Part shown: in pieces, positions 45,701 through 59,030 of the stretch | Layout of the letters: every line of letters starts with the position of its first letter | Position numbering within the stretch: position 1 is the first letter of the stretch | From: Selaginella moellendorffii | Lineage: Eukaryota; Plantae; Lycopodiophyta | Reading direction: 5' to 3' | Length of the DNA stretch: 64,000 bases | Assembly (NCBI RefSeq): GCF_000143415.4 | Contig: NW_003314351.1 | Location: 290,142-354,141, forward strand | Notes under the pieces: generated by a model | Database searches by the model: none | What the model saw: only the letters and a program-made list of their open reading frames with translations | What the model was told of the DNA's origin: nothing | Translations under genes and position numbers: made by a program

Positions 45701-48700
45701 CTGTCACTGTTGTTAGTGCGCTATTGGAACGTGCCTCCTTTATGCTTCAAGGTCTGCTGAATATCGTGCGTCTAAGTGATTCCATTGTACTGTTTCTTTA
45801 CCTTCAGATGACTTTGAGGATGATGATTTGGCAGCGTCTTCGATACTTACGTCCGTCGTGAAGCTTCTTGTACCTACGCTCTTACTTCTTTCAACATTGT
45901 TTCAGAGACTTGAGGTATCTAGATCGATATTTTTTATTTTTTATTTTCCTAACTTATCATGATCTTCAGCTTGAGCGGCGGCAATATCACAATACGAAGC
46001 TTGTGATGCTACTTCTAAGATTGCACGCTGCAATAAGGTGCGTACAAGTACAGGAAGATTTTACTTTTAGTTCCGTGTGTATGATGCGTTTACGTTTCAG
46101 TGGAAAGTCAGTGCTAGTTCCCACTTACTCACGGGAATCAGGTGGAGTGGAGATCCGAGCTGTTCTTCGGCTTTTGGCAGCAGTCTTGGCTTTTTGGCCC
46201 ATTTTTGGATGGAACCCGGTGATCCCGCCACGAATATTTCGTTCATATGTCACTGGCTCTGACTTGCCATTGAACCCAGTAGAGACGTGTAGCTCTCTTA
46301 TTCTTTTGGTATGTATTTCACTGGTTTTGTCTCTTTTCTTATATTAGTTCCTGCAGGGAAATCTACTTCCTTTGGATGACAACACTGGTAGCTGTTGGGA
46401 TTTTTCAGTGGAAGTAACGCTCGGTACAACTGTCGTCCCACAAGTAACCTGGCACACTCAGACACCCTTCAAAGAGGCTTTACTCGAATCCCTGGCACCG
46501 CATTATCACTACTTTGCTGATTTAATACCACGACTAGCTCTATCTGTGAGGCACATTCTATTTATTATTGCAGTTTCTGACTGTTTCATACTTGTGCAGA
46601 CATCTGAGATGCTTCGTGACTTGCTAAAACATGTTGTGGTGCGAGTCTCATGCGTAGACCCCAAACTTTCAGCTGCAATGTTGCGTCCACTTCTTACATA
46701 TATAGAAGAACGAACGTCTTCTGCAGCACATTCGTCAGATGCCGATGCTCTGCATGTGAGTTATTCTCTGGTTTTTTTCTTTCCTTCATAGCGTCTTTCC
46801 CTTTACGCAGGTTTTATGCTGCATAGAGTTTGTTACCGATCTTGCAAACTTTCCTGCCTCAAAGGTATGCACATAACGACAAAGGTACTGGAACTTCATT
46901 TTATTACTTTCAGGTCGTACTCCTTCAGGGAGGGATTTTGAAAATTCTGTTTCAAGCGCTTCTCAGCTTCTCCTCTTTCAGAACAGACGAAGCCTCAAAC
47001 TGCATAAGATCGTTATTGACTTGTCTTACGACGATATGTGACTCCAAATCTGTACTGAGTTTTGAGCACTGTCTCTACATCATTTCCTCGTTCAAGAGTC
47101 TATTAAAGGTAGTTTTTAATTCGTCCTTACATTTGTTGTTCATGTTTTTATGTTTCGTGTCTAATAACAGGACTTACCACTAGAATATGACTTTATAACT
47201 CTAATGCATGCGTTTTACAAGTTTTCTTCTCACCGGCTAGGAAAAGTCGCTTTTCTTAAACTACAACTGGGTGAATTAACAACAAGCTTGGAGAACGATA
47301 CCGATGATGACACAAGAAATAACATGGCTGAACGACACGATGAACCGCTATTGGTGTTAAGCCAAAGACTAACTGCTGCGTTAAATGTAGAAGGTGCTCA
47401 TGACTCGACGCTGCTTGAAATTGCTCGTGCTTTTTCGGTGGGAGCGTTGAGATTAACGGCTGCTGGAAAAAGGTAAAAGTTTTTATTTTCATCTCTTTCT
47501 AACTGTTGTGTCTGGTAGCTCGCTTGGCATAGGAGCTCTCAACACGTTGTTTGGAAGGCGTACATCCGATGATCAAGTTGCATTGCTAGCTATCTCAGAT
47601 CTCGTGAGTTGTCTGAGAAGAAAAAGTGGCGAAGGCTCAGGTGACAGTAAATGTGCTCGACAGGTACGTATTTGCCAGGGACTTATATGACACTTTTTTC
47701 TTCTTGCTTTTTCTTTTTCTAGGCAGTCCATGCACTGCAGGTGCTTTCGAGATTGCTACAGAGGCCTCTTGAGCTGGAAGGTCTTTTGGAGAAATTGAAG
47801 GCTGGAAAGCTGGAAAAACAATTTGAAGTCCACCGAAGCAGCAGTACCGACGATTTCATTGCTCGGGGCATCCCCGCCCATAGTATGCTTGAGAAGTTCA
47901 GCGATCGTTTTAGTTGGGAGGTTTCGGCTGAAGTGATCGGCACAGGCACAACCTTGCGGCCACCAAAGAGGAAGCCTTTTTTGATGAACGACTTAAGCAA
48001 ACGGATTGTGCGCTTGCGCACTTCTACAACCGAAGCTCCTCACTCCGCCCGTGCAGAACACGTTGAAAAGGAAGAGATTCCCGAAGATGCACCGTCAGCT
48101 TTTGTTCAAGTTGATGACGAGCCAGGAGATCTAGAGACATCAAACGACGACGAAGGCAGCGCGACCATTTTCTCGACCTCCAACGCTTATGATGGACAAT
48201 CGCCCAACGACTTATCCACTGGGCCAACTAGTATAAGCTCCGGTACAGTCCCTCCTCCAAGTTATCAAGTGTATTCCCAGGCTCCATTATTTGCACCATC
48301 GCCACAGCCACCTTTTCTGCCAACACCGCAGCAACTTTCACAGCATTTCCATCTACAACACCAACTTTCGCAAATCCAGCGAACTCCACAGGAAGGCTAC
48401 GCTGGCTACCACCGGCATCAAGGACAACAAGCTGTGCAAACTCAGCCACAGCATGAAAGCTGGAGTGTCCTTCAACAGATACTTGCATCTCCAGAATCGA
48501 TACAGGTGTTTTTCTAAATTCCAAGTCGCCTGAAACATGAGCTGACCACTTTTTTTTCAGGACTTGTTGAGGGATCAGACAAGACTTACAATGCTTCTGG
48601 AGCAGCATCCAAAGCTGTTGTCACTGCTACAGGTACGCTGTAGGTGAAAGTAAGGAAAGCGTACATCCTCTATTTGTGTGGCCTGCAGGAAAGATTTAAC

Positions 48701-48712
48701 TTCTCGGGCTAA
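42724..48712 (+). CDS. VIR: VIRILIZER-like (m6A writer complex scaffold), many exons
   Basis: VIR_N pattern LLAHTFEHQQLREHVDE|VRFTEAVLVSGCEVLE...VTDHLVIRGIYSTVTLVIYG and the plant VIR C-terminus SPESIQDLLRDQTRLTMLLEQHPKLLSLLQE. Confidence 0.87.
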
Positions 48713-49447
48713 TATTCGGAGGAGATATCAAAGATCATTTCGGTACTATTTTATTCCCACACATCGGGATCGTCGGTGTCGTGGGGGCAGGAAACGTTAC
48801 GTAGAAATGAAGGCCTTTGTTTTAAAAACAATTCGGTGGGTGTTTTTCCTTTTCTATCGATCTCGTGGCAACTCAAGTTCAACACAGGTAAGCCAAGGTT
48901 TACAAAGTTTTGCACTTCAAAGGTCTATACTAAAGTACGAATCCAATTTACAGCGATCAAAGGTGGCCGGGTACAGCACTATCTTAGGCGAGGATGTAAA
49001 GCATATCCTGGCCCAGGGGAACAAAGGTCTGTCTTGTACTTTGTCAGACTTTTATCATACCCATAGTCGTGGAAGCAGGAATATCAACCAGGCTTGTAAA
49101 AAGTGCCTTGCAGTGGCACCATCTGTGCACGCGTGAGCATTCCGTCCAGTGGACGAGTGCGTGGGATACTGAGAAACAAAATCCCACAAGACGATATTGT
49201 TCGCGTGGCGATATTGTTGCGAATCCAGAGCTGTGTTGGTTAGATGCAAAAGTCATACATGCATGGGCCATGATGCATGTCCCCACTCTCCAGACGAGTT
49301 GAACGAATGAAGGCCCGCTCCATCACGCGCAAGCCTGTGAGAGCTTTCCTGCGTATAAAAGCCTCGCAGTTTTCTTCTTGTCACTGCAAAGTCAGCTCTC
49401 AAACGTTCTCAAACGTTCTCAACGAGTGAAAACCACCAGTGTTTGAA

Positions 49448-50896
<1,449 letters not shown>

Positions 50897-51592
50897 CTTT
50901 ACTTCACCTTTCTTTTTTTTTTCTAATTTACCTTTTTTCATTTTTTTCTATCGCTGAGGTATTTCTGTTTGAATATACAATAAGCCATATGATTGGACAG
51001 TAGGTTTGACTTAAAGTTTTCAACTAACAAATACGGAAAATTGAAAACTTTAAGAAACATTTCTAAATTCTGCGGAACAAGCAGGATTGTAGCCACTGGT
51101 GCTTGCCGGGCGTCCCAGATACTTGGAACTTGCTGCTGCTTCATCACCTCTGGCAAGACCTCTGACCAATTTTATTTTTTTTCTCCTCTTCGGTAATTTT
51201 TCTTCTTCTTCCCGCTGCTCGATCGCCGCCACTGCCTCGATTTTTTCTCAGCGATTCTTCTTAGTTGTAAATACAAGAGGTCGCTGACATTGCTGCAGAA
51301 AAATAAAGAATGGTTTTAACTTCCATGGGAGTTGACAACAAGTTACTTACCAGCCAAGTAGCTGACTAGCCAAGCGTATATGAAGATTTACAAGCAATCT
51401 GAATTGAGCGCCACAGCATTGTGATGTGGCATTAGGTCGAAAACTCTCTTTGCGTGCTCTAGCAAGCCATTGCAAGAGTAAGTGGGAACCATAGCTACAA
51501 AAACTCTAGAATTCTTCAAGAAGAGCATACCAGTAACCCAGGAGCTCCTTCAAACTCTTCAAGCGACCATTGCTTTCCAATAAGAGGCTCAA

Positions 51593-51880
51593 CCAGTATT
51601 TAGCCTTGGATGGAATTTACTACTCAACCTAACTTGCCGAAAGAGCTTTGTGATGCAGCAGGGTCCAGGCTAGATGGGGCTCTCACCCTCTCTGGGGCTT
51701 TCACCTTCTCTGGCGTCCCGTTCCAAAGGACTTAAACCTGGTCTGCTATGGAGGACCCTTCTCCAAACTATAATTCAATGTGCAAAACACACTGATTTCC
51801 AAGTTGGGCTTTTTCTGTTTTGCTCCCCACTACTAGGGAAATCCTTGTTAGTTTCTTTTCCTCTGCTTAGTAATATGCTT
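51593..51880 (-). pseudogene. Orphan, decayed 5' fragment of 25S/26S rRNA
   Basis: Reverse complement reads AAGCATATTACTAAGCAGAGGAAAAGAAACTAACAAGGATTTCCCTAGTA...AAATTCCATCCAAGGCTAAATACTGG, the LSU 5' region (ITS4/LR0R area), with CpG decay and a deletion. Confidence 0.88.
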
Positions 51881-52023
51881 CCAAAATGAAGTATTTGTCA
51901 ACGTGCAAATAGCTCACAAATTCTCCCACGCCAAGCCTGTCAACAGCTAGCCTTGGCACCACCGCAGCACAGGTTCGGCAGTCCCCCGAACCAGAATTCC
52001 GCTGTCTCGGAAGCAGCCACCCT

Positions 52024-52430
52024 TGGAAAATTCATGCAGATCCTCAGTTTTCCTTTTTTTTTTCAAGACAATGGCGATGAGTGATAGCCACTGCACGTTC
52101 TTGATCGGGTAGATGAATCAGACTTGTAGTAGCTTGTCGATCTCCTCCTTGACCTTGGCCATGAAGGTTGGATTCATCCTGTACAGTGCTTGCCTACGTG
52201 GTGTGCTTGTAGGAGTCAACTCAATAAAATGTGTGCAGAGATCAGGTGGTACTCCTTATAGATCATTGTATGTCCAGGAAAACACATCCTTGTAGCGATG
52301 TAGAAGTTGGAGTGCTAATCCTCGTGGCAACACCTTAGTGATCTTCAGTTTTCTAGGTTCCTCTGTTGGTGCTGTGAGGTTGATCTCCTCAATTTCTTCA
52401 TTCGTAGTTACCACCAGTGTTGCATCCCGT
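52024..52430 (-). mobile_element. Ty3/gypsy pol remnant (linker and RT N-terminus; Tat/Athila-like)
   Basis: Minus strand reads YKDVFSWTYNDL.GVPPDLCTHFI...MNPTFMAKVKEEIDKLLQV*FIYPIKNVQWLSLIAIVLKK..KLRICMNF. Confidence 0.8.
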
Positions 52431-52484
52431 TATTTGAGTAGACCTGGAAAAAGCTATCAGCAAAAACACGAAGTTTTAGTAAGC

Positions 52485-52942
52485 TAGCGTACTCCAATTA
52501 GTCGGGGTAGGGCGTCTCTTAAAAGTTCCAAAGGTAGCTATGCTTCACAGAATGCCGTCCTACGAAAAACAGCACCTCAGGTATCTCACGAAAGCCATGC
52601 AGCAGCGTACCAGAACTCACATGACCCTAACGCTACTTCTGGATCTCGATCATTGTTTGCTTGTAACATATATTCAATTACACTTTTCATGTGAGGCTGC
52701 ATAGGAAATAATTAGTATAAACAACTGAAAAATTAAAATAACCTTACCCGGAGGATTTCTGCATCCATTTCCAACAAATGAACGAGCGCTGCACACACCT
52801 TGCATGTAAAACTGAAACTATCACTCATTATTTCAATATCACAATCAAACGGATGTACTAACCAATTTTCTCACTTCAGGCGCAGGATCGTTAGAAAGCG
52901 TAAAAAGACCTTGAAGATAGTTATCCATGTTAACAAAGAGTG
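52485..52942 (-). pseudogene. TRN1: Intron-containing fragment of transportin-1 (importin-beta2)
   Basis: Four spliceable exons: [27 protein letters not shown]|VCAALVHLLEMDAEILR|[29 protein letters not shown]|TAFCEA*LPLELLRDALPRLIG, with an in-frame stop. Confidence 0.82.
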
Positions 52943-52971
52943 CCTACCACCACAATCACTCACTCCTTTAT

Positions 52972-52973
<2 letters not shown>

Positions 52974-53036
<63 letters not shown>
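52974..53036. repeat. (GA)n microsatellite, about 31 units
   Basis: Direct observation. Confidence 0.97.
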
Positions 53037-53040
<4 letters not shown>

Positions 53041-53367
53041 TGGTAATCTGCAAGTACCATGCAAAGGTCAAGTACAGAAGGCCAAACGTTGAACAACTAA
53101 ATGCTAAACGGAGGAAATAGCTGAGCCAGAGTCACATTGGTGCCATTTATAGCATGTAGAACCCTTAAAAACAGGGGAGTTCGGCAGCTCTTGCGAAGCT
53201 TTCTCCTCTTCTCGACAGAGTGCTCGTGGAGAAGTTTGGGCGGCATCTTACTGCCGGATTCGGGATGCTCACCGTCTTTCTCTTTCAGCTGCAAGCCGAG
53301 CAGGTGTGAAGGAAAGTGGAGGTAACATCCACTTAAGAGGATGCTGTGGAATACATTGAAGGTGCTC

Positions 53368-53460
53368 AGGTCGAAGCTTTGGGTGCAACTTTCAACACTT
53401 TGCTGTGTTATGCATCTCAACCTTGCACTCCTTGCACCAGTGGTAGCGTCGTTTATCCTC
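53368..53460 (-). mobile_element. Retrotransposon Gag zinc-knuckle remnant
   Basis: WCKECKVEMHNTAKC*KLHPKLRP fits CX2CX4HX4C followed by (W)KLHP. Confidence 0.65.
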
Positions 53461-53499
53461 AAGACAATCACCAAGAAAGTCAATGGAAGAATCCAGCCC

Positions 53500-53760
53500 A
53501 CTACCATCAAAATTATTCTATATTTCCAACCATCCACTTGTCAATTTTAGTCAGGTACTCTATAACACTATTCTTGCCTGCAAGATGAAACGTTACCTAG
53601 TTGAGAAGGAAATATCTAACAGAAGTTATATTTGCATTAGGAGGAGCAAAAACTTCCACCCAATGAGTTAGAGGGGGGACCTCTAGGGGGTTTTGGAAGT
53701 ATAGTAGGGATAGTGTGTGAGTTGGAGGAATCGGGTAGTTGAGGTCAAGTTGGGGCTGGA
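53500..53760 (+). mobile_element. Ty3/gypsy integrase C-terminus/chromodomain-like remnant, PPT and start of an LTR
   Basis: IFPTIHLSILVRY (compare HPVFHVSLLKPY), KRYLVEKEI, purine tract AGAGGGGGG at about 53670, then GGGGGTTTTGGAAGTATAGTAGGGATAGTG, which resembles the repeat at 55610/57915/63780. Confidence 0.5.
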
Positions 53761-54030
53761 TCTAGGCACACATGTGCTATGCACAATTTTGCCATGCATG
53801 CGTGAGCTCAGCCACAAGGGCTCCCTTGCCTTGGCTGCTTGATTCCTAGTAAAGCTTGCAATGGTGCAGTATGATCAAAGAGATGATCCATGAACCAATC
53901 AAGGTACTACACCTTGCCAAGGAATTGTTGCACATTATTCACGCAAATCAAACACACACATAAATTATTTCAACTTTAACCCAACCTTTTGCAATTGATC
54001 CAACACTTTACACACATCATTAATATGTTC

Positions 54031-54560
54031 CTATGTCCCATCTAAATAAATCAAAACATCATTAATGAAGTTAATAATTACCTCTGGCATATTGCAAAAA
54101 ACTTCATCCATTATCCATTGGAACGTTGCCAAAGCACTATTCAAACCAAATGGCATGACCATGAACTCATACAACCTAAAGGGTGTATAAAAAGTAGTCT
54201 TAGGAATGTTCTCCTTAGACATTGATACGTGCCAATACCCTGATGCAAGATCCAATTTGCTGAACCATTGACTCTGTCCCAAACGATCAAGTAAATCCAT
54301 TGTGTGAGGAAATGGGTATACATTATGAACAATCACATTATTAAACATACAATAATTAATACAAAATTGAATGCTCCTATCAAGCTTTATCACAAGATAA
54401 AGTTCACAAATCCAAGGACTTTGAGACTTGAGGATAACTCCCTTCTTCAACATATCCTTCACATTGGCTTCCAAAATCTTGATTTTCATGGGTGACCAAC
54501 ATCAAATAGGAATCTTGATTGGACGAGCATCCCTAGTGGGAATAGGGATTTTGGGTTATC
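54031..54560 (-). mobile_element. Degenerate Ty3/gypsy reverse transcriptase
   Basis: SQSPW, FCINY, FSKLDLASGYWHV, KTTFYTPFRLYEFMVMPFGLNSALATFQ; the YxDD motif has decayed to FIND. Confidence 0.92.
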
Positions 54561-55019
54561 TGGAGAGGCAAGGAAAATCTCCTAGAAGAGCTTGTCTTCA
54601 CATCAATTATCTTGGAGTTGACTAGCCAACTTTCACTCTCAATTTTTCCAAGGGTTTGTTATCTTTCCTTTTCATTCTTAAAAGTTTGGTTCTTGTTCTT
54701 ATCATCTCTCTTTCTTACTATGATAGGTGCTAGTCAGATCATAGCTCAGTATTACCAGCTCATTCATCTCAGCTTCACAGTAAGTTTTGGAAGAAAAAGA
54801 AAGTGTTTTTTTCATGAATTTCTAAGCCATTCCCTATATATAAGATTGAGTTCATGGCCTTGCTCTCCAAAAACCATCAGCGCTATTCCAATGGGCAGCT
54901 CTCTCTGAGTGATAAGATTCACAATGAGCTTGTGTGTGTACTCCCCCTTGATCCCTGCGACAAAGTCTTTTTCATTGCCACTGGCCTCTTTGTAAAATTG
55001 TAGCAGTAGTGGTGATTGT

Positions 55020-56112
55020 TGTGAATGTGATTTTGGGTATCGAAAGTTACCTGCCAGCTAGTCCTTTTAGATATTCTTTCCTTACTGCTATGATGACAAG
55101 AGGTCAGTATTGCTAGACCCATTATTAGTTTCCCACTTGAGCTAGTTGAGAAAGTGGTCAATGACCATGCACTTAAATTGGATGAACATAAGGTAAGAAC
55201 CCTATGTGTTTCTTGCTGACCATACTCAGCCTAGTTTAAGAAACTTGTGTCATTGGTTTGCACTTACTAGTATTAAGAACCCCCACAATATTGAGATTGG
55301 TCCCTTAATATTCACTAAATGATAGCTTACCATGTCTGTTAAACACCCTCGTTATCATGCCCTTTGTGTTAGTCTCATTTCAGTCCCAAATGCTATTTAT
55401 AAAAAGTGTCTAGATTTGCTCATTTAGCATATTTATGGAATGTAGAGATTATTCTGAACACAATGGTGTTTGTCTTATGTCCAAATTCGCAATCTAAAGA
55501 TATTCTATATTTAATAAGTTTCAAGTTTGTCCTAGAAACTAACTCTTGATACTAAGGGAGGCTTGGGATGAAAGCCCAAAGCATGTGTTCCTCAAGGGGG
55601 GAGGGAATATAGGGGGTTTTAAATGTATAGTAGGGATAGTGGGTAGGTTGGGCATAGTTGACCAACTTAAGGCATAGTCTAACTCCCACTTGTGTGTTTG
55701 TCCTTGTTTTGCGTTCGGCTTGGGTTTAAACCCAAGTTCCATACCATGTTAGTTAGTGGAGTACCCATATCCTCATGTTAGGCCACCGATATGCTGAAAT
55801 AGCACAAGACTCCATTTGGCTCCGTTTTGTGTGCTTGTCCTAGCATTGGGATGTTGGTTGCTTTAGGACTGTTCCAAGTCACTCCATGCTTCTGTCCTTT
55901 CACTCCTTGGGCTGTACGCTTGGGAGTTACTCTATGGTCTGGTTTCATCACTTCTTGGCTCCATGCTTAGGAGTTTGGCACTGTTCCTTTGTTTAGTGGC
56001 TCAAAGCCCTGAAACTTGAGTTCCACACCATTGTCCTTTAGACAGTGGCATGTGACACATGGCACATGGAAGGTTTAAGTTCCACTTCGTGGTTATCCTA
56101 TGGTAAATCACC
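55020..56112 (+). repeat. Copy 1 of the LTR-associated repeat (3' internal segment, PPT 55594-55607, LTR)
   Basis: Aligns with 63234-64000 and 57596-58414. Confidence 0.85.
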
Positions 56113-56739
56113 TGTTAAGTGCTCCACACTATGGAGCTGTGAGGAGCTAAGGCTTAATTGAGTGATCCAAGTCGCAAGCTCGCTAGAGCTATAAGGCCTG
56201 TCAAAGTGGAATGTTTCCATCTCCTTATGAGGAAATCTTGAATACAATGCAAACTATAAAAGTAAAAAAAATACTTAGTAGGAATAAAGATGCCAGCTGA
56301 TTATTTTTTAACCCCAGCCAAGAAACAGGAATCAGATTCTATCCTGCCAAGTTCCAAGCTCAAAGGCTGGTTGGTTAACTAAAAACAAGAGCCAGAAAGA
56401 AAAACAGAGATGAAGATTAGGGCACACTAAGGCAGTTCACTTGTGCTTCTTGTTGGTCAGAACAACGAGAGCATGCAATCTTTTTATCGTTTAGAGTGTC
56501 ACTAATCCTTTTCTCTCTCTCTAGGAATTTATGGCTTTACAGCTTAAGATACGCTCCTGTTCTTGCTGGGATGGTTCAGAAAGTTTTCAGAGTTTAGAAG
56601 TTCCAACCTCTACATCACTTGCGAGATCTATGCAAGTTTGATCTTTTAAGACTGCTGCAAGGGGTGGTAGGAGTTTTGCCTGTGTTGGGTGATGGCAAGT
56701 TAGTCACTCCTCTACTCCCGTGACTCCTTGTTTCCCAGA

Positions 56740-56860
56740 AGAATTGCTCCAATCCTCAGAAGTCTTCGTGTCCAGACCATTGTAGCATTGCAAAGTTGTG
56801 CCTTGCAGATACGTAGGAAACTCCCGCAAACAACGTGCATCATCCCAAGAATGATAGGAA
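56740..56860 (-). mobile_element. Retrotransposon Gag remnant
   Basis: WDDARCLREFPTYLQGTTLQCYNGLDTKTSEDW fits the gag pattern W.D...F..YL.G.A..WY..L.....DW. Confidence 0.6.
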
Positions 56861-57240
56861 GCAAGTGTTAATCGCATGATGGTTACAAGGAAGAACATAA
56901 GAGAAAAAATAGTTTACTTCTAGCTTTCTCATCTCTACAGAGACAAGCTTACTTAATTTTATCTTCTCCAGTTATGATGAAGAAATCATCATTGTGCATG
57001 CTCCACACCCTCCTTCTCCACATCCCAATTTCATTCCAGTCAAGCCAAGCCCTGGAAATAATTACAACTTATTATTTAATTTAATAATGCACAAACCATT
57101 CAGCCTAACATTGACAAAAGCTCAAACCAACTCAAAGACTGTTGCCAATATTCTATCAAATCCAAAATGCATAATGGCTCTAAGAAAAATAGCAAGCCAT
57201 GACTAAGCAACCACAGTCAAACAACCACAGTGAATCTCAC

Positions 57241-57360
57241 AGTGTCATCTAGTGGCCAACAGCCATAGCTAGTGCCATCTAGCGGCCAGCAGCCATGACC
57301 AATGCCATCTAGTGGCCAACAACTATGACCAATGCCATCCAGCAGCCAGTGGTTCTATGG
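57241..57360 (+). repeat. 30-bp minisatellite, about 4 units
   Basis: Units of the form A(G/A)TGCCATCTAGTGGCCAACAGCCATGACC at 57241, 57271, 57301 and 57331. Confidence 0.85.
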
Positions 57361-57595
57361 CCAAGGCCATAGTGCCATAGCTAGGGCTGTGGCCAGAACT
57401 ATGGCCAATACACACTATTGCAAACCTATAGCCATGAAGTTATTATGCCTAGCCCGCTTAATTGATCTAGTTACAGAACAAATCTAATGATTTGAAGAGG
57501 CCAATTTGGGGCCTTGCCAAAGCGTGATATCGTCGCATGATAATGTTATATTAGAACAAAAGAGAAAGTCAGTGTTTGATCAAGTGGAAAAAAAT

Positions 57596-58414
57596 TGAGA
57601 CTAGTCCCTCAATATGGTTGGATAATAGCTTACCATGTCTACCAAACACCCTATCATGCCTTTTGTGTTAGTCTCATTTCGGTCCTAAATGCTATTTATG
57701 GAAAGTGTCTACATTTATTAATTTGGCATATCTATGGAATATAGAGATTGTCCTAAACACAATGGTGTTCGTCCCGTGTCCAAATTCGCAATCTAAGGAC
57801 ATCCATATTTAATAAGTTTTAAGCTTGTCCTAGAGACTAACTCCTGGTACTAAGGGAAGCTTGGGGTGAAAGCCCAAAGCATGTATTCCTCAAGGGGGGG
57901 GAGGGGGGGGGGGCATACAGGGGGTTCCAAATGTATAGTAGGGATAGTGGGTAGGTCGGGCATGGCTAGTCTAGCTCCCACTTGCGTGTTTGTCCTTGTT
58001 TTACGTCCGGCTTGGGTCTAAGCCTAAGTTTCATTCCATGCTAGCTGATGGATTACCTATATCTTTGCGTTAGGCCATTGGTATGCTGAAATAGCGCCAA
58101 ACTCCGTTTGGCTCCGTTTTGCGTGCTAATCCTGGTATAGGGATGCTGAATACTCTAGGATTGTTCCAAGTCGTTCCGTGCTCTTGTCCCTTCACTCCTT
58201 TGGTTGTATGCTCGAGAGTTGTTCTATGCTCTAGTGCCATTGTTCCTTGGCTCCATGCTTGGGAGTTTGGCACCGTTCCTTCATTCAATGGCCTAAGGCC
58301 CTGAAACTCGGGTTCCACACCACAGTCCTTTGGACACGTGGCATATGACATGTGGCACATGGAGGGTTTAGAGGGTTTAGATTTCGCTTCTGTGGTTATC
58401 CTATGGTAAAGCAC
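57596..58414 (+). repeat. Copy 2 of the LTR-associated repeat (PPT 57892-57913)
   Basis: TGAGACTAGTCCCTCAATAT...GTGGTTATCCTATGGTAAA.CACC, shared with the other copies. Confidence 0.88.
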
Positions 58415-59030
58415 CATAAGATAAAGGGTAAAAACCACATGTGCTAAATTTGGTATTGGAGTATGAGTCCCGGCGAGTACTATCCAATAAGATTGGGCAA
58501 CTAGTCTTGTTGCATACGTAGAGATGAAAACGATGATTTGAGTGGGTACAGGCTTGGGTGCTAAGACTTCACAATTGTTCCTTAGGTATGGATTTGATTA
58601 CCTTGTTATACCTTATAATGTGGGTTTGCTCTTGGGCTCATAAGATGGATTGAGATGTTCCATTTCCCACGAGTTTGCGCTTGGGCTCGTGAGTGAGGCA
58701 CATTAGCAGCTTAAAGCTACATTTTGAGTTGGCAGGATTAATGTTAGCCTATCAGTGGTTTTATGAGTTGCTCCATATACCATGAGTGAAAGTAAACCTT
58801 CCCTGGGTTTGCTATGAGTGGCAAATAAGTTGGTCCATAGCTATTTAGCACGGCACTAGTGGATCCTTCTTAAGCATAATTACAAATGGATCAATCAAGA
58901 CTACAGGGATAAGTTTATTAATTCAAGTAGTCATTCCTATGCTCTCTCATTAACTTTTCTTGGATTGGACTGAAAGCAGTGCAAATGCAAGCTTGAGGTT
59001 TAGTCAAAGATGAGATCGAAAAGAGAGTCA

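Noticed and set aside
51050-51290. GC-richer island with a 60-aa minus ORF (MAAIEQREEEEK...)
   Set aside because: May be another captured gene fragment, but I cannot identify it.
51593-51880. Functional rRNA gene
   Set aside because: Only about 290 bp, mutated and internally deleted, with no ITS/5.8S context.
57241-57360. 30-bp periodic array as a possible CRISPR
   Set aside because: No unique spacers, eukaryotic context and no cas genes; it is a minisatellite.
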